Shown piece by piece: positions 44,209 to 54,219 of a stretch of 64,000 bases of DNA. The position numbers and the translations under genes are program-made. The DNA comes from Planctomycetota bacterium (GTDB lineage Bacteria; Planctomycetota; SZUA-567; H5-PLA8). The stretch is taken from NCBI GenBank assembly GCA_045863855.1, contig BTVV01000004.1, forward strand, positions 5,353 through 69,352, given 5' to 3'. The notes beneath the pieces are model-generated. The model searched no databases. It saw only the letters and a program-made list of their open reading frames with translations, and had not been told where the DNA came from. Position 1 is the first letter of the stretch. Each line of letters begins with the position of its first letter.

Positions 44209-44790
44209 CTAAGGGGCCCCGCGCACCACCACTTCAAAAGCTAGCACTACCATACCCGGATGCCCGTCCTCACCGTCCACTTTGGGCTCTTCGAGGACAC
44301 GCAGGTCCGCACCGGTTTGAGCCTGAGTAGGTTGCCAGCGGTATACGCCCGGATAGCTGCGGGAAAAATGATCCAGCAACCGGCCCTTGTGCGTACCGAA
44401 AGCCAGCGGTCGGGTCTTGGCGCGGAAGCGATAGAGTTGCCTGAAATCGGGCTTCAAGGCCACATCGCCCACCGGCGCAAACTCCAATTCCGCTCCGGCC
44501 AGTTCACCCTTAAGCTGCCCCGCCAACCGCTTGGCTTGGGCTTCGAACCAAGCCTTCCGTTCGGCAGGCTCGATCGCACCGTTCCCACTTCGGTCCATCC
44601 CGTGAAGTTCCATCAGCGCCGCGCGCTCACTAAGTTGCATCTCGTAAGTCAGCTCAAGATTTCCATCGGCGATCCACATGCGCACCGTACGCGTCACGTG
44701 ATCGACCGGAGACTCGTGCGCCTGGGGGTTTAACGGCCAAGCCAGCACCAGGAGTACACCCAATCCAAACGCGATGCAGGCACGTGTCAT
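44209..44790 (-). CDS. Small secreted protein with one EF-hand-like Ca2+-binding loop; last gene of the MoxR-led operon
   Basis: The signal peptide is MTRACIAFGLGVLLVLAWPLNPQA. The loop DRSGNGAIEPAE fits DxSxNGxIxxxE. Its start overlaps the upstream stop (ATGA). Confidence 0.6.
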   Translation of the reverse strand: MTRACIAFGLGVLLVLAWPLNPQAHESPVDHVTRTVRMWIADGNLELTYEMQLSERAALMELHGMDRSGNGAIEPAERKAWFEAQAKRLAGQLKGELAGAELEFAPVGDVALKPDFRQLYRFRAKTRPLAFGTHKGRLLDHFSRSYPGVYRWQPTQAQTGADLRVLEEPKVDGEDGHPGMVVLAFEVVVRGAP

Positions 44791-47543
44791 CGCCTCTCCT
44801 CCGGCCGGCCGGCGTTAGCAACTGCTCGATCCAGGAGCGGCGCAAAGTCGCGAATGTCGATACCGCTCTCGACAAGGGCTTTCACGAAGGGGGCATCGCG
44901 AAACGTTCGAATCGCTTCGGCATGAACCTGGGGCGCCCCGGCCAACGCTGCGTGCAGCGCCGCATAGACCACCGCGAACTCGCTCGACTGCAAGCCCTTC
45001 GCTACGATCGCGTGATCGCGCTTGATCGAAGCAAGCCCCATCAGCAGTGCCAGTTTGACGAACGGCGTTCCAGTATCGTAAATGGATTCCAGCTCGGCCA
45101 AAGTCGGCTCGTGGCCATGCTGCGCGAGGGCAAGCTTCAAATACAGCCACGCCTGATGCCGCTGCTCGTAATGCGAACTCGAAAGCTCCGTCTGTCTCAG
45201 GTCGCCGAACGAGGCGGCAAAATCGCGCTCAAGTTCCACGAGCACCGGCAAGACGCGCGGATCGGGAATCCTGCCGAGCGCCCAAAGGCACTGCACGCGA
45301 ACTTTCAGAGGTGCGGTCCGGTCGCGCGCCAATTCAAGCAAGGTAGGCGTCGCTTCTTTGAGAGGCATGCGCCCCGATATCCCGATCATGTATTCCGCCA
45401 GGAGCGGCTGATCGACCGCTTCAAGGAGTTCGGCAAGCGCTTTCGCGCAATCCGGTCCCCCTACCTTCTCCAGCGCGAGGACCAGTTTAATGCGCAACGC
45501 TACATTCTCTTCGGCCTTGAGCGCTCGGACCAACACAGGCGCGGCTTCGGCCGCACGATACTCGGCCAGCGCATCGATCAGCGTGGGCGGTGGGGACTCA
45601 TCGGGGTAGTCGCGCAGCAGCGCCAAGACTTTGGCCCGCAGTTCCGGAACCGGTCGGGCCGCAAGCGCCTGCAGCGCCGGGCCGGCGAGGTTCTCTCCGG
45701 AATTGCCAAGCGCTTTTTCGATCAGCGTGACGCGTTGCGCCCAGGACGTTCGCGCCGCTACGTACAGCATTGTGCGCTTCACCTGCGCCGATGCGGCGCG
45801 TTCGTACAATTTCAGCGCGGCCATCCCGGCTTCGGATGCTTCCGGCCACCCTTGAAGCGCCAGCGCCAACTCGTCCTGTGCGGCGGGATCCGCCTCAATC
45901 CCCGCTCGCTCCGATAGGGCCGCGAGCGCTCGTTCGCCGCCCAGACGACCCAGCGCATTCAAGGCCATCGCACGCACATACCCGTCGGCATGGGCGGCCT
46001 GAAGGACCGCAAACTCCAGCGCGCCTTGGGCTCTAACGTCCCCCACAAACCGCAACAGCGCGGCGAGCAACTCCGAGTCGCGCACCACTCCAGCGCTGGC
46101 CGCCAGTTCGACGGCCGCCTTCTGCAGTTCGACACGGTATTGCCGCTCGTGCTTGTACTCGACCAGCCCGCCCCAAGTTTCAAGCATAGCGCGAAGCGGC
46201 TTGGTGCGCGGCTCAGGTGCTTGAGCTTGTTTGTGCAGCCATTCCAAGGTGGGCAGCGGCGCCGCCAACGCCATCGCCCGCGGCGTATCGGCGGGCCAAG
46301 TTGGTATATCCAGCAGCGCACCCAAGCGAGCTTGGGCATTGCGGCCTTCGGGCTCGTAGAACCAGCGATGGGCCACCGGATCGTACATGCGCAGCAACTC
46401 GGCATGCGACTGCCGGGCCAACCCGAGCGCCGCCGCGAGCTTAATCAGCGTCTCACCGCGCGTGGCCTTTTCCTGATCGGCGTAGGGCAACGCGCCTTCC
46501 AAGGCCGCCATACCAAAGCGTGCCAGTTCCTGAATCTCCTGCGCAACCGATTCACCGCGCTCGGCCTTGGCAAACAGTTCGCCCATGCTCGCTTTCAGTT
46601 CCGCGGCTTCCAGCACATCGGGCGCTACGGGCAACAGTGCACCTTCCTTCGGGCCAGGCGATTGCAGCTCGAACTGAGGCCAATGCGCGATGCCCTTATG
46701 CATCCATGGATGCAGCGAGCGAGGCGCGTTGTGAAAGTACCGTTCTTTCTGGTCGCTGTCCTGAACCACCGCCAACAGTTGCAGCTTATGCCCCTCCAAG
46801 TGCCATGAAGCTTCGCCGTCCTGCCCCTTGGGTGGCTTCTTGAACTTGTCCTTTGGCGCATCGATGCTGCCCCAAGGAATGCGGCATTCGCCGGTGTAGC
46901 CGCTGTCTTCGTCCCCCGGCGCATTCACCGTGGACGGTTGGCCGTCGGCCTTGGGCTTAAGCTGTATGGCCATCCGTACCGTGTGAGCACCTTGATCGCG
47001 CAGCCATTCGTCTTCGAAGAAGAGGATGCCGAACTGCGCGCGCTGAGCTTTGGTCACGACCCAGTCATCGTCGGCCAATACGCAGTACACGTCGTTAAAC
47101 TGATTCAGCGCGTTGTGGTGCAGTTCCCAAAAGCAGCGCCGGTCGCCCAGAGTCAAAAAGAACTCCACCACATCCGGGTTGGGCTTCCCGCCCCAGATAC
47201 TGGCGCCGTCGCGCGGGCGTTCCGCCGGGCCTTCGCGCTTTCCACTGCCAGCGGCAACGAGTTGCTTGTCGAATGTCTCGTATCCGAGGTACAGATACTG
47301 GCGGTCCCAAGCCACGCGAACGGTCATGTGCGCCGCGGTATCCAGCACTCCCGTTGTATTCAGATGATCGCAGCGGATCGGCGCGGCAGCTTTCCAGACG
47401 GCCTCGTCGAGCTTGCCATCGATGGCCATGTCGGTATCGGCAAACGGCACCGGCGTCACCGGCGCGGCATCTTCCGTCAAGGCGATACCACCCAGCAGTG
47501 CGGAAAGCAGCGCCCAAGCCGGGATGTTCGATCGGTATTTCAT
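44787..47543 (-). CDS. Secreted CBM9-like (DOMON-like) domain + HEAT-repeat protein
   Basis: ATG 47543 gives MKYRSNIPAWALLSALLGGIALT (signal peptide). IDGKLDEAVWKAAAPI...VRVAWDRQYLYLGYE is the CBM9-like signature. The C-terminal roughly 600 aa are Leu/Ala-rich HEAT/PBS-lyase-like repeats. The ORF-track start 47654 would overlap the upstream gene by 106 nt. Confidence 0.75.
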   Translation of the reverse strand: MKYRSNIPAWALLSALLGGIALTEDAAPVTPVPFADTDMAIDGKLDEAVWKAAAPIRCDHLNTTGVLDTAAHMTVRVAWDRQYLYLGYETFDKQLVAAGSGKREGPAERPRDGASIWGGKPNPDVVEFFLTLGDRRCFWELHHNALNQFNDVYCVLADDDWVVTKAQRAQFGILFFEDEWLRDQGAHTVRMAIQLKPKADGQPSTVNAPGDEDSGYTGECRIPWGSIDAPKDKFKKPPKGQDGEASWHLEGHKLQLLAVVQDSDQKERYFHNAPRSLHPWMHKGIAHWPQFELQSPGPKEGALLPVAPDVLEAAELKASMGELFAKAERGESVAQEIQELARFGMAALEGALPYADQEKATRGETLIKLAAALGLARQSHAELLRMYDPVAHRWFYEPEGRNAQARLGALLDIPTWPADTPRAMALAAPLPTLEWLHKQAQAPEPRTKPLRAMLETWGGLVEYKHERQYRVELQKAAVELAASAGVVRDSELLAALLRFVGDVRAQGALEFAVLQAAHADGYVRAMALNALGRLGGERALAALSERAGIEADPAAQDELALALQGWPEASEAGMAALKLYERAASAQVKRTMLYVAARTSWAQRVTLIEKALGNSGENLAGPALQALAARPVPELRAKVLALLRDYPDESPPPTLIDALAEYRAAEAAPVLVRALKAEENVALRIKLVLALEKVGGPDCAKALAELLEAVDQPLLAEYMIGISGRMPLKEATPTLLELARDRTAPLKVRVQCLWALGRIPDPRVLPVLVELERDFAASFGDLRQTELSSSHYEQRHQAWLYLKLALAQHGHEPTLAELESIYDTGTPFVKLALLMGLASIKRDHAIVAKGLQSSEFAVVYAALHAALAGAPQVHAEAIRTFRDAPFVKALVESGIDIRDFAPLLDRAVANAGRPEERR

Positions 47544-47548
47544 GTGGC

Positions 47549-50500
47549 CTACTCCTGCCGCTGCAACATCGTCTCGCACCAGTTTGCGGCATCGAGCGCA
47601 TTCCCGTCTCCTGAATCTTCCACCACTAGGCGCAATCGACGCGCTGCATTGCAATCGACCGAGAACGCTTTGGCTTTGTCCAGGCCCGTCATCCGTCCCG
47701 AGGCCCAGACGCGCTTGCCGTCCAGGTAGATCTCGAACTGCACGCTGCCGCGCCCGCCCGTCACCGCATCGACACCGGCTCTACCGGTGAACCGAACGAA
47801 GCGACCCTCCAACGGATACTCCACCAGGCTGCGCGCCCAGACTCCCAATCCCGTGTCGAACGCATCGGTATCGACTCTCAACGATCCGCCCGCCGCGTTT
47901 CGGCCCCAGCGAATCGGCATCGGTACGCTCTGATCGCCGTGCAACGGTCCTATCGCCGTCAGCGGAAGCACGTTTGCCGCGGTCGCGGCCACGCGCCAAC
48001 CCACGCTGTTGCCAGCCTCGAGGTATTTAAAGCTCAACTTTGCCTTCGGCGAACCACTAATGGCATCGGCCGGAACCAGTAACGCAACTTCGCGCAGCCC
48101 GCTCGAAAGTTGCGTGTCCGACGCCTTCAAGTCCCATTCTCCGATCGGCTTCCCGTTCGCACGCACTTCCATCCGATGGCCGCTGCCTTCCAGAACGAAG
48201 GTCTTGCGCACCAACAGCGCTTGCCCTGCAGGAATTTCCACCGTCAGCGTCTCCGTGCCGCCGGCGTCAAACGCGAGGCCCTGTCCATCCACGGTAACCT
48301 TGCCCAGCGATTCGACACGTTTACGGTACGGCTGTCCGCCTTCCTGCGCGTAAGCTGAAGAACCGGACGCGGACCGCACTTCCAACAAGGCGCGCAGGAG
48401 CGGGGCCTTTTCGCCTGATTCCAGAATGGTGCTTCGATCCAGCGCGGCATCGACCTCTGCAGCCGACCCCTTGAATCGGAAGTACGCAGGCGCGCTGCCG
48501 ATCGCAAAGCCACCGGAACTTTTGGTGCGCCGTTCACCGAATAAGCCTTCCGCTTCAGCCGTCTCCAACCCCGCGGTGCCGAAATCGATCGTCCCGCCGC
48601 CGTCGATGCGCCAGATCGCCGCCACCGCCGAGCCTTGAGGATCCTTGAACAGCATGCCTCGCGTCCGTCCGGGCAATGCCTCTTCAAAGGTCAGCTCGCG
48701 CACGAACTGCCATCGCTTCAAGCGTTCCCGCAAGCCGCAAACTGCCCACCAAGATGGTTTCAGGCGATACGCGGAGGACGTCAATTTAAGCGGCGGAGCG
48801 CTGTAGCGCGTGCGCTCCATGAGGGCGGTTCCTTCACGTCCCTGAACGCCTGTCAGATCCAGCGTCGTTCGAGTGCCCAACGGATGCAGCAGCAACAACG
48901 CGCGGCTCAGACATGCGGCCTGACGAAATGCATCGGCTCCGCTCGCGCTTTCGTCCTGATCCCAATTCAAGTCTCCGATCAGGATCTGCTTGGGCCGCGG
49001 GCCGTACCGGTCCAGCAACGCTTGTAAGTGCGCGAGGGGCTGCGTGAGGTACGCGTCTTCGGCCGAGAGCCCGCCCATGTCCACGCGCAATTCGATTCCA
49101 TCGAGCGCTTTCAATACGCCCGATTCCTCCAAGCTTTGAAGATACGCCAAGACCGTCGGTAAGCGCATGCCGCCGATATACAGTTTGGTTGCGGGCGCAT
49201 ACTCGTCGCGCCAGCGGATCGCCGAACCCACCATCTCGGCAAATCGCGGCGGAGCCACATACAGCGGCCCGGGATTATCCGGACCGTTCCAGATCAGCCA
49301 GCCGGGGAGGCCGGCGCCCATCCCACGCAATGTTTCGCAAACGTAGTGATCCCAGTCCTCCTGGCGTTCGGGGGCCATGAAAATATTCACCGCGCCGCCG
49401 ATGAAACGTTTGCGCCGCGAGAAGGCTCCCGCTTCGGCCTGCTCGAACCCTGCCCCCGCCGCCCAATACGCGCTGAATCCCAGCAAGCCGTACGGCTCCA
49501 GTCCGCGACTCGTTGCGCGCCCAACCTTCTGCAAATAGCTCTGCAGTTGAAAATTTCCTTTATAGTGCTCGACCCAATCCCAATCTTCATCGACTCGTTC
49601 GAAGCGTTCATCCAGCGCTTTGCGTAGCGCGTTCAGATCCTTCAAGGCGGCGCCCGGATCGTCTCCAAGGGCGACTTTCAGATCGCCCACCACGAAACGC
49701 TGGGATGCTTCATCGGCTTTGGTTTCTCCGCGCAGCAACACGGCATGTGCCGCATAAGCGCCCGGCCCCAAGGTCTCGGCCAGCGTTACGCACCGGGACT
49801 CGCCCGGCGCCAGCGTCAGCCGCGCATCCTGCGATCCGACGGTCACGCCCAAACTGTCGACCCACTCAGCCTTCACCGTCGCCTCGGCCGAAGCCGATCG
49901 ATCCAGGTTCTCGACGCTCAACACCAGCCGACCGTCCGGTGAAAATCCGTTTACCGCGCCGGCATCGAGTTGCAACGAGAGCCGCTCGCCGAGCGGAAGA
50001 TGTGTCTGAACGCGAACATCGTCGATGAATATCCGGCCGGATGACATTTCGGAACCGCGCGGATCGAAGCCCAGGTGCAAGCCGACGGGGAACAGCGGCA
50101 GGAACGCGGCATTTTCCAGTGCCCGGTCGTCCGCTTCCCCCAAGAGAGGCAGATCGAAGGACACCTGCTTCCAGCCAGTCCAGTCGACGCGGTACGCGTT
50201 CTGCCAGTTCGAATCCACGGCGCGAGCAAGCAGGAAACTCGCTTCCAGTTGGAATCGCGTCGCTCCCGGTTCGAACCCTTGCAGCGCATAAAGCCAGCCG
50301 CCAGAACCGTCGCCATGCACCCAAAGGGAGACTCGGGTGGGCTTCCCAGGAAGCGCGCGGTCGATGTGAACTTCAAGCGGTTTCTTCTTTTCGTCAAAGC
50401 TCAAGACCAGCGCGCGCTTGCCCTGCTTGGCTTGTTCGCTCGACGAAGCCAAAGGCTCAGAGCCGAAATAGGGCCGGTCTTCTTCGAAGTCCGCGACGCA

Positions 50501-52393
50501 CGCTTCGCTGTCGGGCTTGGCGAGGACCAGCACGCGCTTGGCTTGTACCGAGGCGTCGGCCGTGTCGTGCACTTGCAACACCAACTGCAGCGGCCCAGGC
50601 ACTTGCTCCCATTTGCCAGCAATCGATTTCAAATCGATCGCGCGGGAATCGGACGCGCCAGCGGCCAAGGTAACGGCGTATCGCCCCACGCCCAGTTCTT
50701 CACCGGCTCCGTCGCGCACCGACCACACAACCTGGACATTCCGTGAGCCGGTCGTCCAACCGTTATGCACGGTCGCCCACGCATTCGCAGCGGGTGCGAA
50801 CGCATGTGCGGGCGCGTCGTAGCCCAGAAAGGCGCGCAGGCAATCGGCCTGCGCGAGTTGCGTCGTCACATACGCCGGCCCGATCAACACGCGCCCTTTC
50901 ACGGAGCCCTGTCCGTCCACGCGCAGCGCCGTCCATTCGAGCGGGTAATCGACGCCGCCCGTCGACCCCTCGGGCGAATTACCGCCCAAGCCGTTGCCCG
51001 GAAGCGCCACCTCCACATACTTCCAACCTGTGAAGTCGAGCTTGGCGAGTTCCAATTCTCCGTTCACCATGCGCTGCCAGATCTGGTTGTACGGTCCGAT
51101 GCTGTTGGTGTGGTCCAGGATCAGGACAGAGAGCTTCGCGCCGCTGCCGTCGCCGTGAACCCAAAGACCCAGCCGATAGGCGTTGCCCGGCAGGTAACGA
51201 TCCACACCGGTGAATGCGACAGCCTCGCCGTCAAAATCGATCGCCATCGCGTAACGAGCCTGAGGCGGCGCGCCTTCGTCGCCTGCCGGAACTTCGACGC
51301 GCGATAGCTTCGTCACCGTCTGAACATCGCGGGAGACGCGCTGTCGCTCCATCAGCACTTGTTCGATCCAGCCGCGGGTATTCTTGAATGCGGGCTGGCC
51401 TACGCCCGACGTCAGCCAGCGCCCTTCCACGTCGGAGAAGTCGTCGAGCAGCCATTTCGTATTCCCGACCACCAGCGGTTCATCGAGGCGCCGCTCGATC
51501 TCCTCGAAGTCCGGCGAGAGCACGTCGCCCGTCAGTCGGAAGGGCGGCAGGTACGCGCCCGGTTGTTCCGCACGCAGCACACATACGTGTTCCGCCAGCG
51601 GACCCGCGGGAACTGGAACGCTAAACTGCTGGCTCGCGACCTGCGCCTCGTTGCGGTCCAGCACCTTCAACCTGAGCTGAACCTGCGCCGCACTCTTCGA
51701 AAAATTGCGCACGTCTACTGCCACTTTGAACTCTTTTTCAAGTCCGCGCACTCGCGGTCCCAGCAGAGCCGCGGCCAGCGTTACACGAGGCTTATTGGTG
51801 AGCGGATAAAGTCGCAGATCGTCCAAGCCCACCTCGCCCTCAAGCACCGGTGGCTCGCCGTCCTTGGCCTTCCCCGCTCCCAACCCCACTCCCGCCCACC
51901 AGCCGAGGTGCCCGTCATCGAGATCCGGAAGCGTCACAGAAAACTCACGCCAGCCGGTAAAGTCCAGTTTCACGCCCAGCGACGGAAGATTCTTCCTCTC
52001 CTGAAAGCCACCATCCTTGGGTCGGCCGCTTTGAAATCGAAGTTCGAGGCCATGCCCGTTTCCACTACCTTTAATCCAAACTTTGAGCGTTCCGCCTTGC
52101 TTGAACGAAATGCGTCCGTCTTGAAACTGGTAGTTCACATGCGGCTGCTTCGGATCGAAGCGGTACTTGAGCCGGCCCGCAGCGAGCCCCACCTTGGGCT
52201 CCTGTTCGTCGGTATGAATGCCTCCGCCCTGCTGAAAAGCCAACGGTTCGGTAAAGTTCGCGAGCAGAAAATGCGGCGGCTCGGCGGCGGATTCCACGGC
52301 GCGCAGCACAGAGCCGGTTCCGCTCGCCAGCACGAGCGCGAAACCCAAGCGCAATAACCCGCGGTAAGCCCGCATGGCGTTCTCCGGATTCAT
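47549..52393 (-). CDS. Giant (1614 aa) secreted protein: signal peptide, three copies of a CBM-like beta-sandwich module, a GH-A-like TIM-barrel-like region and a C-terminal NPCBM domain
   Basis: The signal peptide is ..LLRLGFALVLASGTG... A module is repeated three times, marked by LKVWIKGSGNGHG/..LDFTGWREF, LGLWVHGDGSGAK/..LDFTGWKYV and VSLWVHGDGSGGW/..VDWTGWKQV. The last 139 aa match NPCBM (..GLGVWARSLVEYPLEGRFVRFTGRAGVD..GSVQFEIYLDGKRVW..VVEDSGDGNALDAANW..). Confidence 0.8.
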   Translation of the reverse strand: MNPENAMRAYRGLLRLGFALVLASGTGSVLRAVESAAEPPHFLLANFTEPLAFQQGGGIHTDEQEPKVGLAAGRLKYRFDPKQPHVNYQFQDGRISFKQGGTLKVWIKGSGNGHGLELRFQSGRPKDGGFQERKNLPSLGVKLDFTGWREFSVTLPDLDDGHLGWWAGVGLGAGKAKDGEPPVLEGEVGLDDLRLYPLTNKPRVTLAAALLGPRVRGLEKEFKVAVDVRNFSKSAAQVQLRLKVLDRNEAQVASQQFSVPVPAGPLAEHVCVLRAEQPGAYLPPFRLTGDVLSPDFEEIERRLDEPLVVGNTKWLLDDFSDVEGRWLTSGVGQPAFKNTRGWIEQVLMERQRVSRDVQTVTKLSRVEVPAGDEGAPPQARYAMAIDFDGEAVAFTGVDRYLPGNAYRLGLWVHGDGSGAKLSVLILDHTNSIGPYNQIWQRMVNGELELAKLDFTGWKYVEVALPGNGLGGNSPEGSTGGVDYPLEWTALRVDGQGSVKGRVLIGPAYVTTQLAQADCLRAFLGYDAPAHAFAPAANAWATVHNGWTTGSRNVQVVWSVRDGAGEELGVGRYAVTLAAGASDSRAIDLKSIAGKWEQVPGPLQLVLQVHDTADASVQAKRVLVLAKPDSEACVADFEEDRPYFGSEPLASSSEQAKQGKRALVLSFDEKKKPLEVHIDRALPGKPTRVSLWVHGDGSGGWLYALQGFEPGATRFQLEASFLLARAVDSNWQNAYRVDWTGWKQVSFDLPLLGEADDRALENAAFLPLFPVGLHLGFDPRGSEMSSGRIFIDDVRVQTHLPLGERLSLQLDAGAVNGFSPDGRLVLSVENLDRSASAEATVKAEWVDSLGVTVGSQDARLTLAPGESRCVTLAETLGPGAYAAHAVLLRGETKADEASQRFVVGDLKVALGDDPGAALKDLNALRKALDERFERVDEDWDWVEHYKGNFQLQSYLQKVGRATSRGLEPYGLLGFSAYWAAGAGFEQAEAGAFSRRKRFIGGAVNIFMAPERQEDWDHYVCETLRGMGAGLPGWLIWNGPDNPGPLYVAPPRFAEMVGSAIRWRDEYAPATKLYIGGMRLPTVLAYLQSLEESGVLKALDGIELRVDMGGLSAEDAYLTQPLAHLQALLDRYGPRPKQILIGDLNWDQDESASGADAFRQAACLSRALLLLHPLGTRTTLDLTGVQGREGTALMERTRYSAPPLKLTSSAYRLKPSWWAVCGLRERLKRWQFVRELTFEEALPGRTRGMLFKDPQGSAVAAIWRIDGGGTIDFGTAGLETAEAEGLFGERRTKSSGGFAIGSAPAYFRFKGSAAEVDAALDRSTILESGEKAPLLRALLEVRSASGSSAYAQEGGQPYRKRVESLGKVTVDGQGLAFDAGGTETLTVEIPAGQALLVRKTFVLEGSGHRMEVRANGKPIGEWDLKASDTQLSSGLREVALLVPADAISGSPKAKLSFKYLEAGNSVGWRVAATAANVLPLTAIGPLHGDQSVPMPIRWGRNAAGGSLRVDTDAFDTGLGVWARSLVEYPLEGRFVRFTGRAGVDAVTGGRGSVQFEIYLDGKRVWASGRMTGLDKAKAFSVDCNAARRLRLVVEDSGDGNALDAANWCETMLQRQE

Positions 52394-54219
52394 TTCTGAC
52401 CGGCGCGAGAAAGCGCATCGAAGTAACGACTGGTCGCATCTTCGTGCCGCGCCGGCGCTGCCGCCGCCGCCGCGCCGCCTTCGGCTTTCAATTCGGCTCG
52501 CACCACTTTCATCTCGGGTTCGTTGCGCACATTCTTGGGTGGCGTGACGAGCAAGTCTTTCGCGCGCTCCAGCCGCTGCAGCTTTTCCAAACCCAGCGCG
52601 CCGTCCAGCCCGCCAAGTGCAAAGCCCTTGTCCACGAAACCCGATAGATCGGGGCGCACCACCACGAGTTCGATCTGCTCCGAGCGCCCCACGCCGGGGC
52701 CAGTTTCGGTATTGTTATCTGTTGCGAACAGTTCCAACCGCACGCGATCGCCGGACTCCAACGGCGGTTGCAGTTCCTTGAAGACCTCCTTGAATACGCC
52801 ATGCACCCGGTCGCGCACCGGATCGATCACGCGCGTAGCCGAACCTTCGCGGGGCTTTCGGTCCAGGAACTCGTCAACCGTATCGATTTTATAGCTCAAT
52901 CGCACTTCGGTGACGCCGAAATCGTCCTCGGCTTTCCAGCCAAATCCGAAAGCCGCGGCTTGGTCCGCCAACAACAGGATTTTCTTCTGCTTCAGCTCGA
53001 TGCGCGCGCTGGGCGGCCGGTCTGAAAGCAGTTCGATATCGAACGCGACCGGATGGGGCATCTCGAATCCCTTGCCGTACTCGCCGGTCAGGTGGATCGC
53101 CACGCGTCCGGGCTCCTGCAGCCGGAACGTGAAATGCCCGAATCGTCCGCTGATCTGCAATGCCTGGCGCGTGCCGTCCTGCCAGGCGACCTGCGAGCGC
53201 TCGCCGTGAAGGTTTGTGTTCGCCTTGAAGCTCACCAATACCTCCGTGCCGGGAAGCCCCGCGAGTTTCGGCACAAGCCCGGTGAGCGTGTAATTCGGGG
53301 CGCCGGTGTACGGCGGAGGCGTGATCTCGAAGTGGATCGCTTCAACCACCGGAAGATCGCCCACTTTGACTTCAAAACTCGAAGCCGTCCGTTCGCCGTA
53401 CACGAAAACGTATCGGAACGCCGCCTGCGCGTTCTCGACGACGAACGTCGCTCGCCCGTCCACCAGCGTCAGCGCATGGGTTTGCCGTTCGCTGCTGGCC
53501 GCATCCTCCAGCATGATCTCGGCTTCTCGGCGCATGGCGCCTCGTACATTCAATTCGAGCCGCACCGAAGAACCGCGCACCACCGCGATATCGCCGGGTA
53601 GCACTTCCAGCTCTACGGGAAAGAGCGTCTCCCACGCCACGGCATACGCATCATGCAGGCGAGCCATGCGTTGCTGGAGCACCTGCGGCGCGCCAAAGGC
53701 CAGTGCGGCCCAAGCGAGCACCACCGCCAGAGCCAGGCCCAGTGCGCGCCGCGCGTCACGCAGATCGAGCAGACTTTCTAGACGCAGGCTCTCCAGTCCT
53801 GCCGCAGCCTGATCGACCAGCCGCTCCACGAAGCGCCGCGTATCGGGATGCCCGGATCCGGCCGCCAAATCCCGGCCCAATTGCAGTGAACCGATCAGTC
53901 GGTTGTCCAGCGATCCGTGAAGCCGCTCAGCCGCTCGCGCTTCGGACTCCAGATCCATGCGCATCCGGACCAGCGGCGCGAGCAGCACGACCGACTTCCA
54001 CGCGCTCCAGCCCGCAGCGAGAACGAACGTGATCAGAAGCGGCCACGCCGGCAGACCGGCCGCCGCATCCAGCAGCACCCAGCCCAGCAGCATGCCTGGC
54101 ACGCTGAGGATAAAGCGGCCCATCCCGTGCAACCGGCGCCAGCGCAACCGGAAGCGCCCGAAGCGGGCGAGCGCATCTTTCAAGCGCTCGTAGGCTTGAA
54201 CGGTCGTCGCCGCGCTCAT
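52390..54219 (-). CDS. Membrane protein of unknown function within the Bat-like operon (N-terminal TM pair, large extracytoplasmic domain)
   Basis: The TM segments are ..FILSVPGMLLGWVLLDAAAGLPAWPLLITFVLAAGWSAW... ATGA overlaps occur at both ends. I cannot name a family signature with confidence. Confidence 0.6.
   Translation of the reverse strand: MSAATTVQAYERLKDALARFGRFRLRWRRLHGMGRFILSVPGMLLGWVLLDAAAGLPAWPLLITFVLAAGWSAWKSVVLLAPLVRMRMDLESEARAAERLHGSLDNRLIGSLQLGRDLAAGSGHPDTRRFVERLVDQAAAGLESLRLESLLDLRDARRALGLALAVVLAWAALAFGAPQVLQQRMARLHDAYAVAWETLFPVELEVLPGDIAVVRGSSVRLELNVRGAMRREAEIMLEDAASSERQTHALTLVDGRATFVVENAQAAFRYVFVYGERTASSFEVKVGDLPVVEAIHFEITPPPYTGAPNYTLTGLVPKLAGLPGTEVLVSFKANTNLHGERSQVAWQDGTRQALQISGRFGHFTFRLQEPGRVAIHLTGEYGKGFEMPHPVAFDIELLSDRPPSARIELKQKKILLLADQAAAFGFGWKAEDDFGVTEVRLSYKIDTVDEFLDRKPREGSATRVIDPVRDRVHGVFKEVFKELQPPLESGDRVRLELFATDNNTETGPGVGRSEQIELVVVRPDLSGFVDKGFALGGLDGALGLEKLQRLERAKDLLVTPPKNVRNEPEMKVVRAELKAEGGAAAAAAPARHEDATSRYFDALSRAGQK

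Noticed and set aside
47544-47654. An apparent 106-nt overlap between the 1614-aa gene and the ORF-track start of the CBM9-HEAT gene
   Set aside because: The extension encodes an Arg/Cys-rich non-signal sequence. ATG 47543 gives a classical signal peptide and leaves a 5-nt gap after the upstream stop, so I reassigned the start.
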